Source: a virus. Taken from it: 64,000 bases of DNA. The translations under genes and the position numbers were made by a program. Where the stretch lies: the IMG/VR virus record IMGVR_UViG_3300042508_000428. One strand, 5' to 3'. The notes under the pieces were generated by a model. The model did no database searches, had not been told where the DNA came from, and saw only the letters and a program-made list of their open reading frames with translations. Position 1 is the first letter of the stretch; each line of letters begins with the position of its first letter. This document shows, piece after piece, positions 39,905 to 48,980 of this stretch.

Positions 39905-39917
39905 TTTTTAATACGAC

Positions 39918-39974
39918 TTGACAGAAATCTTCCACTCCTGTAGACTGTAGGGACATTGACAGCGGGAGTGGAAG
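39918..39974 (+). promoter_or_regulatory. Sigma70-type promoter with SD-sequestering hairpin
   Basis: TTGACA 39918, N17, TAGACT 39941. cttccactcc (39929-38) pairs with ggagtggaag (39965-74) just before ATG. Confidence 0.7.
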
Positions 39975-40292
39975 ATGAATAATTTTCGTGAGTTTTTTGA
40001 GACAAGAAAACTAGAATTTCACAGAAAAGTTAAGAAAGAAATGCTAGACCAACTAAACGAGTTGAGTGGAAACCTCACCCGATTTGGTTGGCAGTATGAA
40101 GACGGTTATTTTTATTGTAACGCCAAAGAGAAAGATATTCTTTTTATCTTAAAGAGCGACTTCGAACCATACTTATTTGACTCACTTGCAGTTTTACCAG
40201 CGGTGGGGCATCCTATGGAGTATGAAGTGGGTGATGTTCAGCAAGTTGTTGAATCACTACAAGACTTAATTGATCAGGAAGTAGAGGGATAG
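39975..40292 (+). CDS. Hypothetical protein
   Basis: SD and promoter upstream. Confidence 0.6.
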   Translation: MNNFREFFETRKLEFHRKVKKEMLDQLNELSGNLTRFGWQYEDGYFYCNAKEKDILFILKSDFEPYLFDSLAVLPAVGHPMEYEVGDVQQVVESLQDLIDQEVEG

Positions 40293-40293
40293 T

Positions 40294-41052
40294 ATGAGCA
40301 AGCGTCAAGTTCGTTGTAGTTATTGTTGGCAGTCTGGTCACAATCGCACTTCTTGTCCTAAGGTAAAGGCAGAGGCTGCGAATGGTGATTCTTATGCGAA
40401 GAGATTGCTTGAAAGTTCAAGTGTCAAGCAGTGTTCTTATTGCCGTGGAACCGATCACAACAAGGCAGGTTGTGATAAGTTGTTTAGTGATCAAAGAAAC
40501 GAAGGTCTGGTCAAGTGGGCACATTTGAATGCCATGATCAATGTGATCAAAACCAAGAAGATTGCGAACGGAGCATTTATCTATGGTCCAATCATTCATC
40601 GTTGGAATGATGTTCCATACAACACTTACGATGGTGAACCAAGAAACTATGATTTGGGTAACTATTGTGTAAAGCATATTGCTTACAATGATAGCACTCC
40701 TTATTCTCCATGCTACGGATTTGAAACACTTGTTGAACCAAGTGGTGATGCTAGATATTTCCGTACCAGTTTGCCGTTGCCCGGTATTCACAACGAGGTC
40801 CAAAACCTTTCTTCCACAATGAAGGAGGCAGTTGATACTTGGAATGCTCACCAAGATCGTGTTTCCGGTCTTGCTGATTCAAGAATTAACCGCGTTTACG
40901 AAGAAAACTATAATGTGCTTGTCGAAGCATCCGACGAGGAAGTCAATAAGGCGGTTGAGTCTCTGCTCATGGAAAAGCCGGTAATCGTTGATTTCACTGA
41001 ACGAAAGCCGTATCAGTCGGAAATGAGAAAGAGAAAGAAAGAAGCACAATAA
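40294..41052 (+). CDS. Double CCHC zinc-knuckle protein
   Basis: Two C-x2-C-x4-H-x4-C motifs. Confidence 0.7.
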   Translation: MSKRQVRCSYCWQSGHNRTSCPKVKAEAANGDSYAKRLLESSSVKQCSYCRGTDHNKAGCDKLFSDQRNEGLVKWAHLNAMINVIKTKKIANGAFIYGPIIHRWNDVPYNTYDGEPRNYDLGNYCVKHIAYNDSTPYSPCYGFETLVEPSGDARYFRTSLPLPGIHNEVQNLSSTMKEAVDTWNAHQDRVSGLADSRINRVYEENYNVLVEASDEEVNKAVESLLMEKPVIVDFTERKPYQSEMRKRKKEAQ

Positions 41053-41065
41053 ACACGGAGGACGA

Positions 41066-41779
41066 ATGAGATCAGTTACAGGGCAAAATAAATATGGTGG
41101 TTGTGGTTGGTGCTATAGCAGATCACATAAGGCTCAAGATTGTCCAAATCTTAAACATTCGGTCGGTCAAAATAGTGTCGCTGCCATCAAATACGACAAA
41201 AGATTGAGTGGTTCTACTGGTCGCCTATGTGGGTACTGTGGTGATGAGAATCATACTTCCGGTATTTGTCCAAAAAGATTTGAGGATTCTCGTAGAACCG
41301 TTGTCTCTGAGAGACAAATTGCAGAGAAAGCATTTGAATGGTTGAAGGAAATTGGGTTTGGACCAGGAGCAATGCTTTCTGGTATGGGCAGAACTTCATC
41401 TTGGAGTTCAAGAGAGAAGGGAGATAGAATTGTTGTAATTGAAGAATTTAATAAGATTACTGGAGAAAGGTTTGTGTCTGAGTTGCTCTACGGCAAAGAA
41501 AGAAACTGGTTTCCAGTTTGTGCTGTAGACACAACCAATGAAACAATCCGAAACATTTATCTTCCGTTCCATCCAGTCTTTTCTCCGAAACCAACTTCCA
41601 TGAAGGTTCAGATTATTCATCGTTCAAACGATGAAGACATTGAAAAGATTAAGAACTTTCTTCCTTCATTATCAAGTCCGCTAAATGATTATACAGACTC
41701 AGATGATTTCTTTTCATCGGGATACAGATTTGAGACTGGCAAGAGCAAAAATCCCAAGATCATTAAGATCCACAATTGA
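41066..41779 (+). CDS. Double CCHC zinc-knuckle protein with the same architecture as 40294
   Basis: Two C-x2-C-x4-H-x4-C motifs. Confidence 0.7.
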   Translation: MRSVTGQNKYGGCGWCYSRSHKAQDCPNLKHSVGQNSVAAIKYDKRLSGSTGRLCGYCGDENHTSGICPKRFEDSRRTVVSERQIAEKAFEWLKEIGFGPGAMLSGMGRTSSWSSREKGDRIVVIEEFNKITGERFVSELLYGKERNWFPVCAVDTTNETIRNIYLPFHPVFSPKPTSMKVQIIHRSNDEDIEKIKNFLPSLSSPLNDYTDSDDFFSSGYRFETGKSKNPKIIKIHN

Positions 41780-41899
41780 CAGCAAACTCTGGGCAGGCTA
41801 TGCTTAGAGAGTAGAAAGGACAGAGAGCAGTTCGATATGGTTTCGTTCTGCCTCTGGTTCTTAACCGTGCTTGACAGGATCGTTAAGGTGCGGTATGAT
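41776..41899 (+). promoter_or_regulatory. Two tandem sigma70-type promoters
   Basis: TTGACA 41776/TATGCT 41799 and TTGACA 41871/TATGAT 41894, both N17. Confidence 0.75.
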
Positions 41900-41963
41900 G
41901 TGGGTGTCTTGAACGGTTCAAGGCACTTTTTACTTGGTTCCTATTTACTTTGAGGTTTCTACA

Positions 41964-43031
41964 ATGGCTACTATTTCGTTCGGTACTTTCAATGCAATCG
42001 TTGACAGCGTGATTGACGCTGGTTTCCCCGTCCTTATCCGTGGTCGTCACGGTATTGGTAAGTCGCAACTTGTCTATCAGTTCGCTGGTCGTCGCACTCT
42101 GGACGTTATCGAGCGTCGTGCTTCGCAGATGACCGAAGGCGATCTGATCGGTCTGCCTACTCTTGAGCAACGCGTTAATGCGACTGTGACCAAGTGGGCT
42201 GCGTCGGATTGGTTTCAAGATGCCTGTGAGCGTCCTGTGGTTCTGTTCTTCGACGAGGTTGACCGTGGTGCGACCGAGGTTCGTCAGGGTCTGTTCGAGT
42301 TGATGGACTCCCGCAAGTTGGCGGGTAAGCACATTCACCCCGGTACTTTGATGTTCGCCGCAGTCAACGGTGGTATCCACGGTTCCAACTATCAGGTTTC
42401 GGACATGGATCCCGCTGAGTTGGATCGTTACACCACTTTCGATGTCGAGCCGACCGTTGAGGATTGGCTGACGTGGGCTAAGGATAACGTCGCTGGCGAA
42501 GTGTGGGACTTTATCAACAACAACCGTGGTCACTTGGAGCACACCGATACCTTTGAGCCGAACAAGAAGTATCCTTCTCGTCGTTCTTGGGCGCGTGCTT
42601 CGACTGCAATCAGCAAGAGCAAGTTGATTGAGAAGGGTGCAACTCCTGAACTTCAGGCAATCGTTCAGGGTTTCGTTGGTTTCGAGGCTTCGACTGCCTT
42701 CACCGACTTCGTTCGTAACTATGACCGTCAGGTTAAGGTTGAGGACGTTCTGAACGGCAAGGCTCTCAAGATGACCAAGAAGTTCTCGCTGAACGAACAC
42801 CTCGCTCTGATCGAGAAGTTGGGTGCAAGCAAGGTATTTGATTCGCAACTCGATGCCGATCAGGCAAAGCATGTCGCGGAGTACTATGTCAATCTGCCTT
42901 CCGAGGCGGCAACCAAGATCGCAGGTGTGTTCGGTAAGTTGAACAACCCGCTGATCATGAAGCAGACCACCAGCAAGGGTCTTGCTTCGCTGTATGCGGT
43001 TCAGATCCTGACTGGTAAGAAGGTCGGTTAG
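41964..43031 (+). CDS. MoxR-like AAA+ ATPase
   Basis: GRHGIGKS, LFFDEVDR, AAVN, MDPAELDR, PSRRSW. Confidence 0.88.
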   Translation: MATISFGTFNAIVDSVIDAGFPVLIRGRHGIGKSQLVYQFAGRRTLDVIERRASQMTEGDLIGLPTLEQRVNATVTKWAASDWFQDACERPVVLFFDEVDRGATEVRQGLFELMDSRKLAGKHIHPGTLMFAAVNGGIHGSNYQVSDMDPAELDRYTTFDVEPTVEDWLTWAKDNVAGEVWDFINNNRGHLEHTDTFEPNKKYPSRRSWARASTAISKSKLIEKGATPELQAIVQGFVGFEASTAFTDFVRNYDRQVKVEDVLNGKALKMTKKFSLNEHLALIEKLGASKVFDSQLDADQAKHVAEYYVNLPSEAATKIAGVFGKLNNPLIMKQTTSKGLASLYAVQILTGKKVG

Positions 43032-43056
43032 AATCAATTAACAACTTAGTATGCCA

Positions 43057-43087
43057 CCTTGACAGGAAACTGTCAGGGTGGTATGCT
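43057..43087 (+). promoter_or_regulatory. Sigma70-type promoter with the -35 inside a GAAA-loop hairpin
   Basis: TTGACA 43059, N17, TATGCT 43082. Hairpin ccttgacag-gaaa-ctgtcaggg. Confidence 0.7.
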
Positions 43088-43124
43088 TCTATCATGTTCA
43101 ACCCTCCACCTCACAGGTGATGTT

Positions 43125-44354
43125 ATGTCTTACGATCTCAATATTGATATTGCTCGTCTGCTCAAGGATGAGCCTTTCTTTGCTGCTCTTTCTCGTCGCA
43201 TCGAGAAGATTTCCACCAATTCTATTCCTACTGCTGCTGTTGGTCTTAACCGTGAAGCTATGCAGTATGAGTTCCTTTACAATCCAGAGTTCTTTGAGAA
43301 GCTTACCGAAGGTCAGCGTCGTGGTGTAATCGTCCACGAGTTCTATCACTTGGTTTTCCGCCATGTTGCTAATCGTCGTCCTGCTCAGGTTATTCGTGAA
43401 CCAGAGCGATTCTTCAAGTTCTGGAACATCGCTACTGACTTGTCGATCAACTGCTTGATTGGAGCAGAGAACCTGCCCGAGAATTGCTGTATTCCCGGCG
43501 GTAAGTCCTTTGAGAATTTCCCCTCGATGGAGTCTGCTGAGTTCTATTTCCGCAAGATTCTTGAGAAGGTGGAAATGGATCCGAATGGTGGCGGTGGCGA
43601 TGGTGTTGACGGTTCTGGTCAGTTTGACGATCACGGCAATTGGGCAGAAGGTTCCGGTGACGGAATGGAAGCCGAGACCGCCAACGAGCGAGTCAAGGAA
43701 TACCTGAAGGAAGCAGCCGAAAAGGCTGATGCTAAGGGTTGGGGTTCCATGACCAGCAAGACCCGCGAGGAAATCAAGAAGTTCCTTGAGTCGTATGTTG
43801 ACTGGCGTAAGGTTCTGCGTATGTTTATTGGTCGCGCCCAGCGTGCGGACAAGTCCAATACTCGTCGCAAGATTGATAAGCGTACTCACAGTTATGCTCA
43901 GGGTATTGATGTTGTCTCAATCAATCCAGGTCGTAAGATCAACAAGATTGCCAATATCGCTGTGTCGATTGATCAGTCTGGTTCTGTTGACGATGATTTG
44001 CTTGGTGCGTTCTATGCCGAGTTGAATAGTCTTTCCAAGTTGGCAACTTTCACTGTGATTCCGTTTGACGATCAGGTTTTCGAGCAGAAGGTCTATGTCT
44101 GGAAGAAGGGCGATAAGCGTCAGCGTGAGCGAGTTCTTCACGGTGGTACGAACTTCAGTGCTCCGACCAAGTATGTGAATGAGCGTAACTTTGACGGACA
44201 CATCATTCTAACCGATATGTGTGCAGAGAAGCCTGTTGCCTCCAAGAAGCAGAGAATGTGGATGACCTCCGCTCGTCACGCAAAGCGTCCTTACTTCGAT
44301 CCTCGTCCGAATGAGATGATGATTGTTATTGAAGAGCGACAGAAGCAAAAGTAG
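43125..44354 (+). CDS. Metallopeptidase-like plus VWA domain protein (DUF2201-type MoxR partner)
   Basis: VHEFYHLVFRH, NIATDLSIN, SIDQSGSVD, GGTNF, IILTD. Confidence 0.85.
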   Translation: MSYDLNIDIARLLKDEPFFAALSRRIEKISTNSIPTAAVGLNREAMQYEFLYNPEFFEKLTEGQRRGVIVHEFYHLVFRHVANRRPAQVIREPERFFKFWNIATDLSINCLIGAENLPENCCIPGGKSFENFPSMESAEFYFRKILEKVEMDPNGGGGDGVDGSGQFDDHGNWAEGSGDGMEAETANERVKEYLKEAAEKADAKGWGSMTSKTREEIKKFLESYVDWRKVLRMFIGRAQRADKSNTRRKIDKRTHSYAQGIDVVSINPGRKINKIANIAVSIDQSGSVDDDLLGAFYAELNSLSKLATFTVIPFDDQVFEQKVYVWKKGDKRQRERVLHGGTNFSAPTKYVNERNFDGHIILTDMCAEKPVASKKQRMWMTSARHAKRPYFDPRPNEMMIVIEERQKQK

Positions 44355-44366
44355 TTTCCCTCCCGC

Positions 44367-44395
44367 TTGACACTCAACCTCACGTTGGCTATGCT
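44367..44395 (+). promoter_or_regulatory. Sigma70-type promoter
   Basis: TTGACA 44367, N17, TATGCT 44390. Confidence 0.7.
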
Positions 44396-44433
44396 ATGTG
44401 TGTTGGCTGGGTGTCAGCCTTTCTGGTGTTCCA

Positions 44434-45066
44434 ATGCTGTATGAACTGAATACGATTGATAAGCTTGAGAAAATTTTGGTTTCCCCTCGTCTGCGTGAAT
44501 CGAGCAAGTCCTTTGTGGAATCTCTGCTCGCACAAGCAAAGAATCGTGATCTGTCCGAAAAGCAGATTACGTATGTTGATAAGTTTTGGGAGGAGTGTTA
44601 TCCTCCGCAGGAAGTGGTGGATGCGGAGGAGTCTTGGAAAAACTCATTTACTCCCGAAATGAAAGAGAACTTGAAGATTACTGGTATGTATTACGAGTAT
44701 CACTATCCAAATTCTCGTATCGCAAAGTTTTACAAAGATCCTAACTGGATTCCCAGCAAGGATATTTATGAGAAGTCTTGCGAATCTCAATGGGCAAAAA
44801 CTACTATCAAGAATTACAAGACACCATTTCGTTTTTCAGTTGGAGATCTCGTTGTTCTGCGAGATACACAGAAGAATCGTTCTGGTTTTGCTAAGGAATA
44901 CAGGGAAAATCCCATTCTGATTCTTGAGCAGATGAAGCCAGTTTCAACCAACTTTGTAAATTACTACAAGGTTATTTGTACCGCTCTGATGGAAGATCAA
45001 AGGATTGTTGAAGTCAAAGAAGCGGATCTTAATGTTATTAAGAACAAGAAGGGTCAAAATGGCTAA
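44434..45066 (+). CDS. Hypothetical protein
   Basis: Follows the promoter; start corrected to ATG 44434. Confidence 0.6.
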   Translation: MLYELNTIDKLEKILVSPRLRESSKSFVESLLAQAKNRDLSEKQITYVDKFWEECYPPQEVVDAEESWKNSFTPEMKENLKITGMYYEYHYPNSRIAKFYKDPNWIPSKDIYEKSCESQWAKTTIKNYKTPFRFSVGDLVVLRDTQKNRSGFAKEYRENPILILEQMKPVSTNFVNYYKVICTALMEDQRIVEVKEADLNVIKNKKGQNG

Positions 45067-45256
45067 GAAGCGATATGTAAAAGCAGAACAAGGCAGATAT
45101 AATGTTTCCCTTTCAAGGGCAGAGGCAAGTTATGAAGCAAGCAGAACCGGAGAGTCATGTATGTATTGCGGAGAATACTATCCCAATGTCCGAAAGTCTC
45201 TTTCCGGAAGGTCTTTCACTTGCGACCCTTGTCTCACACGGGCATTCTGTCGTTAA
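45059..45256 (+). CDS. Small zinc-ribbon-like hypothetical protein
   Basis: CMYC and CDPC. Confidence 0.5.
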   Translation: MAKKRYVKAEQGRYNVSLSRAEASYEASRTGESCMYCGEYYPNVRKSLSGRSFTCDPCLTRAFCR

Positions 45257-45509
45257 TAAGGTGAAGACTAGACTTATCAAACCAAAGTTTAATGTTGGTG
45301 ATATTGTTTATCTTTCCGCTTTTGTGACTGATATTAACTGGAAGATGGCAACTTATATTGGGAGACCCTTTGTAATTGTTCAGCTTCCAGTTGACACACA
45401 AAAGTTCAAGACCTATACTCTAAGACTGCTGGATGACCCCTCCAATGAGGAATGTTGGTATGATCTAGCATTTCACGAAGACTTTCTTGTTAGAAGAGCA
45501 GAGGATTAA
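45102..45509 (+). CDS. Hypothetical protein; true start likely further downstream
   Basis: C-terminal PKFNVGDIV segment. Confidence 0.4.
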   Translation: MFPFQGQRQVMKQAEPESHVCIAENTIPMSESLFPEGLSLATLVSHGHSVVNKVKTRLIKPKFNVGDIVYLSAFVTDINWKMATYIGRPFVIVQLPVDTQKFKTYTLRLLDDPSNEECWYDLAFHEDFLVRRAED

Positions 45510-45510
45510 A

Positions 45511-46266
45511 ATGCCTAATTGGTGTAATAACAAAGCAACATTCATTCCTGTAACTGATGAAGCAAAGGAACTGCTAAAGCAGTTTAAGGAGTATCTGGAT
45601 TCAGCACCAGAAGAACCAAAGTTCTTTGGTTGGTTTTATCCTATGCCAGAAGATCAAGCAGAAAACTGGTATAGATGGAACATTGATAATTGGGGAACCA
45701 AGTGGGATGTAAGTCTTAGCAAAGACAATGTCCATCCAGAAGAAGGTGTTATTGACTTCTACGAGGAGACTGCTTGGTCACCTCCGGTTGGGTTCTATAA
45801 CTTTATGACCGAAAAAGGATTCTCCGTAGAGGCTTCTTATTATGAACCAGGAGCAGGTTTCGTTGGAACTTATTCCGATGGAGTTGATGATTGTGAAGAT
45901 ATTCCAAATGGCGATAAGGCATTCAATCTTCTAAGAAATCTAACTTATGATTCGGTCGATGTGTATTTGGAAAATGATCTTGATTTTTCTAGTCTGAAGA
46001 ATGGTGATGTTATTGGAACAAACCGAGAAGGTAATAGCATTATTTATCTCAGTCATGAGTTTGTTCCTTGGAGTGAACTTAGAAAGAACAATCTAGGGAT
46101 CTTTAACTCCGATGCCCGAGATTGGGATAGTGAACTTGATGAAGTTTGTAATACCGATGAGGATTTCTATTTGCTAGAGATTATCGAGGATAATAGCAAG
46201 TGCGGATCTACGAGCGCAATTGTATATTCAAACCGTTTGAATACGATTAGTTATTATCCGGATTGA
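45511..46266 (+). CDS. DUF1281/Api92-like ferredoxin-fold protein
   Basis: MPNWCNN, WNIDNWGTKWD, ETAWSPP, YYEPG. Confidence 0.75.
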   Translation: MPNWCNNKATFIPVTDEAKELLKQFKEYLDSAPEEPKFFGWFYPMPEDQAENWYRWNIDNWGTKWDVSLSKDNVHPEEGVIDFYEETAWSPPVGFYNFMTEKGFSVEASYYEPGAGFVGTYSDGVDDCEDIPNGDKAFNLLRNLTYDSVDVYLENDLDFSSLKNGDVIGTNREGNSIIYLSHEFVPWSELRKNNLGIFNSDARDWDSELDEVCNTDEDFYLLEIIEDNSKCGSTSAIVYSNRLNTISYYPD

Positions 46267-46291
46267 CAGGAAATCTCAGGGGTGGTAGACT
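46263..46291 (+). promoter_or_regulatory. Sigma70-type promoter
   Basis: TTGACA 46263, N17, TAGACT 46286 with extended -10 TG. Confidence 0.75.
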
Positions 46292-46320
46292 TGTTCTATC
46301 AATGACCCAACGAGGACACA

Positions 46321-46587
46321 ATGAAGAAGCAAGCAGAACCACAATTTCAAATGGGCGATGTTGTTAGAGTTGTCATGCCAACAATGGCAGTTAATCTAAA
46401 AGAGCCAGCGGAAGGCGAAAAGAAGCTTCAAATTGATGAGGTTCTGCTTGTTGGCGACGAAGGTATGGTTGTTGTTAATGTTGAATATGTTAAGAGATCA
46501 AATGAGTATTTGTACCAGGTGTTGACAGAGAACTCGCTAGAGACTAAGATGTTCAGCATCCCAGAGGATCAACTCACTCTATTTTAG
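46321..46587 (+). CDS. Hypothetical protein
   Basis: GAGG SD upstream. Confidence 0.6.
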   Translation: MKKQAEPQFQMGDVVRVVMPTMAVNLKEPAEGEKKLQIDEVLLVGDEGMVVVNVEYVKRSNEYLYQVLTENSLETKMFSIPEDQLTLF

Positions 46588-46595
46588 GAGACACA

Positions 46596-46799
46596 ATGAA
46601 GCGGTTTGTCGTAAATGTTATTGAACAGAAGATCACTCCATTTGTCGTTGAGGCAAATGATGAGTGGGAAGCAATGGTTAAGGCAAAAGACGGGGAAGGT
46701 TATGTTAGTGAAACCGGTTCCATTGATTTGCCAATTGATCCCATGTCGTGGGAAGTAACTGAATTTGATCACACTGAACTCTTTGCTGATTGGTTTTAA
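46596..46799 (+). CDS. Hypothetical protein
   Basis: AGGAG SD upstream. Confidence 0.6.
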   Translation: MKRFVVNVIEQKITPFVVEANDEWEAMVKAKDGEGYVSETGSIDLPIDPMSWEVTEFDHTELFADWF

Positions 46800-46800
46800 T

Positions 46801-47019
46801 ATGAATACTGCTATTTGTCGTTTTTGTGGTGATGATTATTCGATCAAGCGATTTGAGCTTGGTTATATCTCTTGTCTTGATTGCGGTGGCAGACAGGCAG
46901 AAGCAGAGAAAGCATTCAAGGCAAGATGTACCGCTCCCGCATATAACAAGGGAGCATACACTTATGTCGCCAGCACTGAACAAGTAAAAGGTATTTTTAA
47001 GTGCGGTGATTATAAATAG
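46801..47019 (+). CDS. Small zinc-finger-like hypothetical protein
   Basis: CRFC...CLDC. Confidence 0.55.
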   Translation: MNTAICRFCGDDYSIKRFELGYISCLDCGGRQAEAEKAFKARCTAPAYNKGAYTYVASTEQVKGIFKCGDYK

Positions 47020-47021
47020 GC

Positions 47022-47059
47022 TTGACACGCAAGCTCACTTCGCCTACAATGGTGGAGTG
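47022..47059 (+). promoter_or_regulatory. Sigma70-type promoter of tRNA-Ser, with the -10 forming a hairpin loop
   Basis: TTGACA 47022, N17, TACAAT 47045. Hairpin cacttcgcc-TACAAT-ggtggagtg. Confidence 0.7.
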
Positions 47060-47063
47060 TCGA

Positions 47064-47154
47064 GGGGAGATGGTCGAGTGGTTTATGGCAATCGCTTGGA
47101 AAGCGATCGAACGTGAATAGCGTTCCGGGGGTTCGAATCCCCCTCTTCCCGCCA
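47064..47154 (+). tRNA. tRNA-Ser(GGA)
   Basis: Acceptor GGGGAGA/TCTTCCC, anticodon loop TTGGAAA, long variable arm, TTCGAAT T-loop, CCA encoded. Confidence 0.95.
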
Positions 47155-47178
47155 ACTACTTTGTTATTGAGGATTATT

Positions 47179-47469
47179 ATGGAACCGAGAGACATTGTAT
47201 ACAAAATTCTTGTTGAAGAGGAAACTGGTAATAAGACTTATTTCCTCAACGACGAACCATGGACTTTCGTTGATCCCGCCCATGTTAAGATCGGAGATAT
47301 TATTTATTTCGATCCAAATGGTTTGAATCGTTGGGGGATTGTCTCAAGCATTCGTGAAGCAGACTTTATTTATTATGATGTAGTTTTTCCAAATACCTTC
47401 CGCAAGGAAGAGATTGCTATGTTCCAAGTCTACAAAGTGGGGGATTCAGATGATGGTTCTAATTCTTAA
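47179..47469 (+). CDS. Hypothetical protein
   Basis: GAGG before ATG 47179. Confidence 0.55.
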   Translation: MEPRDIVYKILVEEETGNKTYFLNDEPWTFVDPAHVKIGDIIYFDPNGLNRWGIVSSIREADFIYYDVVFPNTFRKEEIAMFQVYKVGDSDDGSNS

Positions 47470-47704
47470 GAAACTTAATCCAAGGCAGATCGTTGTTCGG
47501 CAAGATGATAAGTTCTATCTTGTTTCTGAATCCAGCGAGCATATTCAACCAGTCGAGACTATGATCTTTGAATGCGATGAAGCAGGAAGAGTTGAAAATT
47601 GGAATGAAGTTGGTGGAGCAGTTGGTTATTCTTTGGAATCACTTATGCCAATGATAATGGAACACGGCGTCCACTACAAAGATTGGGACGATTTCCCGTG
47701 GTAA
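47450..47704 (+). CDS. Hypothetical protein
   Basis: Coupled ORF. Confidence 0.55.
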   Translation: MMVLILKKLNPRQIVVRQDDKFYLVSESSEHIQPVETMIFECDEAGRVENWNEVGGAVGYSLESLMPMIMEHGVHYKDWDDFPW

Positions 47705-47706
47705 AA

Positions 47707-47862
47707 ATGCGAATCGTTATTTTGTGGAGCGACGATAAAGAAGATGCCGATGTTGTCGTAAGCCTTTCAAATACGAAAGTAAGTGGAAGTGCTTTGCTTC
47801 CAAAGAAATTGGTTGGTAGTTGGATTGTTCACCTAATCAAAAAGTATCGGAGGATCAAATGA
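47707..47862 (+). CDS. 51-aa hypothetical protein (not in ORF track)
   Basis: Fills the gap; ATGA coupling to the next gene. Confidence 0.45.
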   Translation: MRIVILWSDDKEDADVVVSLSNTKVSGSALLPKKLVGSWIVHLIKKYRRIK

Positions 47863-48320
47863 AGAAGATGAAAAACATGGTTTTTCGAATGAATCTGATT
47901 CGTAAGATCAAGAGACTTACCATTTACAATCCACTTTTTATGTTCCTCAAAAACATTTGGCTCTTCCGTAAAGAGTTGTGGAACTTCCGAACTTTTGATT
48001 ACAAGTATAACATGGATCTTTTCTGCCGTTCTCTGGAGCATACCAGAGACTTTATGGCAAGTTCCGATGCTGTTTGTGAATCTTCAAACCAAACGGCAGA
48101 AGAGATTGATGATTTCCTGAATGCGATTGATAATTTCAACAACCATGTTGGAGTTGGAATTGATGAACTTGGTTATGATTTCTCTCCGCTGTGGTCTGAA
48201 TCCGAAGAGGGCAGAATAAAAGATAAAATCCTGCTTGACAGAGTTCAGCAGATCGAGGAAGATAGTTGGGAGAGAGCGATGGATCTGTTGAAGAATCGCA
48301 TGAGACACTGGTGGGATTAA
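47859..48320 (+). CDS. Hypothetical phage protein
   Basis: GGAGG SD; ends in the common phage C-terminus MRHWWD. Confidence 0.6.
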   Translation: MKKMKNMVFRMNLIRKIKRLTIYNPLFMFLKNIWLFRKELWNFRTFDYKYNMDLFCRSLEHTRDFMASSDAVCESSNQTAEEIDDFLNAIDNFNNHVGVGIDELGYDFSPLWSESEEGRIKDKILLDRVQQIEEDSWERAMDLLKNRMRHWWD

Positions 48321-48358
48321 CTTAAAATATGATCCTACTTATGGTAGGATCGTTGTAT

Positions 48359-48430
48359 GCGGGTATAACTCAGGGGTAGAGTGTCAGCCTTCCAAGCTGT
48401 TCGTCATGGGTTCGAATCCCATTACCCGCT
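48359..48430 (+). tRNA. tRNA-Gly(TCC)
   Basis: GCGGGTA/TACCCGC acceptor, loop CTTCCAA, CCA not encoded. Confidence 0.92.
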
Positions 48431-48440
48431 CTGAGACAAT

Positions 48441-48517
48441 CGGTGTTTAGCGCAGTCTGGTAGCGCATCTGCTTTGGGAGCAGAGGGTCGTGGGTTCAAA
48501 TCCCCCAACACCGACCA
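48441..48517 (+). tRNA. tRNA-Pro(TGG)
   Basis: CGGTGTT/AACACCG, loop TTTGGGA, CCA encoded, one T-stem mismatch. Confidence 0.92.
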
Positions 48518-48525
48518 ATCATTAC

Positions 48526-48599
48526 GGGCGGTTAGTTAAACGGGATAACATCGGCTTTGCAAGCCGAGATCGAGGGTTCGATTCCCTCACTGTCCACCA
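48526..48599 (+). tRNA. tRNA-Ala(TGC)
   Basis: G3:U70 identity pair, loop TTTGCAA, CCA encoded. Confidence 0.92.
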
Positions 48600-48623
48600 A
48601 CAATAAACAACCAAGAGTTCGTT

Positions 48624-48980
48624 ATGATTTTAGATATTAGTGAAATCTATGTCATTCTACAGGGATTTGATCCAATCATAGATCCCGTGAGCAATACACA
48701 AGACCTCTATTTTGATTATGATGAAGCAATCTTTGAATGCGAAAGAAAAAACTTTCTTGAGAAAGAAAAATCAGGCGATAGTATTTCCAAAAGTTATTTG
48801 TATTATGTTCGCTCTTTAAAAGAAGCAATCGAATCTACGATTGAGAAAGCAAAAGAGGATGAACAAGAAGATTGTTACAATAGAGGTTGGAAAGACGGAA
48901 GAGATAGCGGATACGAAGAAGGATATGATGCCGGATACGATGAAGGAATCGAACAAGGACGAAGTGAAGGAGAAAGATGA
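48624..48980 (+). CDS. Hypothetical protein with C-terminal GxxxG repeats
   Basis: RGWKDGRDSGYEEGYDAGYDEGIEQG. Confidence 0.55.
   Translation: MILDISEIYVILQGFDPIIDPVSNTQDLYFDYDEAIFECERKNFLEKEKSGDSISKSYLYYVRSLKEAIESTIEKAKEDEQEDCYNRGWKDGRDSGYEEGYDAGYDEGIEQGRSEGER

Noticed and set aside
41883-43889. Long antisense ORFs (384 and 263 aa) opposite MoxR/VWA
   Set aside because: They are shadows of strong codon bias on the + strand, with no motifs or RBS. The same applies to the other minus-strand ORFs in the track.
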